Translations under genes and position numbers: made by a program | Assembly (NCBI GenBank): GCA_025201805.1 | Contig: MU619256.1 | Coordinates: forward strand, 246,333-310,332 | Length of the DNA stretch: 64,000 nucleotides | Origin: Parasitella parasitica NRRL 2501 | Taxonomy: Eukaryota > Fungi > Mucoromycota | Direction: 5' to 3' | Part shown: piece after piece, positions 62,349 through 64,000 of the stretch | Layout: every line of letters starts with the position of its first letter | Numbering within the stretch: the stretch's first letter is position 1 | The notes under the pieces: generated by a model | What the model was told of the DNA's origin: nothing | Seen by the model: the letters and a program-made list of their open reading frames with translations, nothing else | Databases searched by the model: none

Positions 62349-64000
62349 ATGAAAAGCTCTTCCCTCTGGAGGGCATATGTTATTTGCGGGTATGTGCAGG
62401 AAGTTAGCTGCTGTAATATATTTGTACATTTTTATTAAGCCGTTGTTAGATTTTTAGGTATTGGTGGATTTATGGTAACAATAGATAATAGAAATAGAAT
62501 TGGCAAATTTAATCCTAAACATGTTTTATTCTCTCTCGTAATCTGAAACTTTTTTAGTATGGGTGAGTGGAAGAAGAATTATATCACGTTGTTATTTATG
62601 TCAATTGTTCATTTTTAGTTATGATAATGGTGCTTTGGCTGGTTGCCTAGTGATGGACGATTTCCAAAAAACATTTTCATTCAACAGCAATGCAAAAAGT
62701 GCCGTCATCTTGTCCGTTCCATTAGCAGCATCTTCTGTGATGTCCATTGTGAGTAGCATAGCATATTATTCTCGTTATATTACTCGTATTTTAACAGAAT
62801 CAAAAGCTGTCAGGTCCGATTGGAGATACAGTCGGTAGAAAGAGGTTTCTTTTCATTGCAAGTATAATACATACAATCGGAACGATCACACAATGTGCAG
62901 GTCGATCTTTTGTTGCTTTTTTAATTGGAAAATTGATTGCTGGGTTTTCTCTGGGGTAAGTTTATTTGTACATTTACACATATTTATATCCATATTAAAA
63001 GCATAATATCTAGCATGTTTAGTGTCATGTGTCCATTATGTATGTACAGTTAGAAGCATGTTGCCATTTGATTCTATACTAACCCTATTTTAGATCAGAG
63101 TGAAATATCATTACCGGAACACAGAGGCCGAATGATATCAATGCATCAGTTTGGTGTCACCATTGGATTTTGCCTAGCATTCTGGGTCACATATGGCACC
63201 TTCAACCTGGATCATGATTTATCGTGGATCATACCTTTGGGTATTCAAGTTGTGCCACCTTTTGTATTGATGTTTGGGCTATATTTTATCCCAGAGAGCC
63301 CTAGATGGCTGATCTATCAGGGCAGGTTCTCAGAGGCAAAGCATATTTTACAGATACTACGGGCAAAAAAGGACACAGACGATGTAGAGCTGAGGATGGA
63401 ATGTACGGGCATTATCCAGGAGCGAAATTACGACCGAAAGTATTCGTCGCAGAGCTACACATATTTAATCTCCAAAGGGATTGACAATAACCGTAAACGA
63501 ACAATCCTGGGTGTTGGTCTGCATATTATGACACAGCTGACTGGGATCAATGCTCTATTGTACAGTAGTAGACGATACACTATAACAACGGTATTTTACT
63601 AACAGCATTTTTTTTTTTTTTTTTTTTTTTTATGATGCGATAGATTTTATTTGCCTTATATACTTGAATCCACTGGCATAGCGCAATGGAATTCGGCTTT
63701 GTTGGGCAATGGCATTAGTGGCATGGTGAATATGTTGGCAACCATCCCTTCATTTCTCTACGTACGTGTCGATGTTTATGTTATACATTAACACTGTTTA
63801 TGCTAACGCCACAAATCTAGATTGATAGATGGGGACGACGACGTATTATGATTATAGGAGGGATAGCAATGGCCATTTGCATGACTATCATCGCAGCAGT
63901 TCAGGGGACGTATTCCACCAGATTACCAGCTAACAAAGTGCAAATGTTTCCTGGGTCTGTATTTCCGATAACAGAGCACATTGCTGACAGCAGAGCATCA
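62349..64000 (+). CDS. MFS sugar porter (hexose transporter family); many small exons; 3' end outside the window
   Basis: Spliced GIGGFM/YG/YDNG; DTVGRK; YQSEIS.PEHRG; PESPRWL; QLTGINALL; IDRWGRR. Confidence 0.92.

Noticed and set aside
1-64000. CRISPR arrays, rRNA, prokaryotic operons or a secondary-metabolite cluster
   Set aside because: The sequence is intron-containing fungal DNA with functionally unrelated neighbouring genes; no repeat-spacer arrays or backbone enzymes were seen.

Overview
Eukaryotic, intron-rich fungal DNA with short GT-AG introns, AT-rich intergenic regions and long homopolymers. The style and gene content fit a Mucorales (Mucor-like) genome, which is an inference. 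About 23 protein-coding genes are supported: an RRxS-repeat protein cut off at the left edge, a Pex22-like peroxin, a small membrane protein, an Hst3/4 sirtuin, a membrane-anchored PAM2+CCCH protein, a 76-aa GW-motif microprotein, a Pcl cyclin, White Collar-2, a Snf2/Sth1 ATPase without a bromodomain, an RVxF protein, a formin-GBD-only protein, a multi-KH protein, Get3, Ydj1, an AtuA/DUF1446 protein ending in a PTS1, a ricin-B lectin, MRPS16, an SPX phosphate transporter, MDP1, Sec17, an alpha-arrestin, an Mkk1-type MAPKK, a SAM-PH protein, and a sugar porter cut off at the right edge. There is one decayed Tc1/IS630 (DD34E) transposon with long TIRs, itself interrupted by a small poly(T) insertion with a 15-bp duplication. 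The most interesting signals are short motifs read by eye: a candidate organelle mRNA tether (TM anchor + PAM2 + two CCCH fingers), a nearby Argonaute-hook-like GW microprotein, PIP-box or PIP-degron-like tails on MDP1 and the sirtuin, and a peroxisome-targeted AtuA. No tRNA, rRNA or CRISPR array was recognised. Exon boundaries were deduced manually and no database searches were run.
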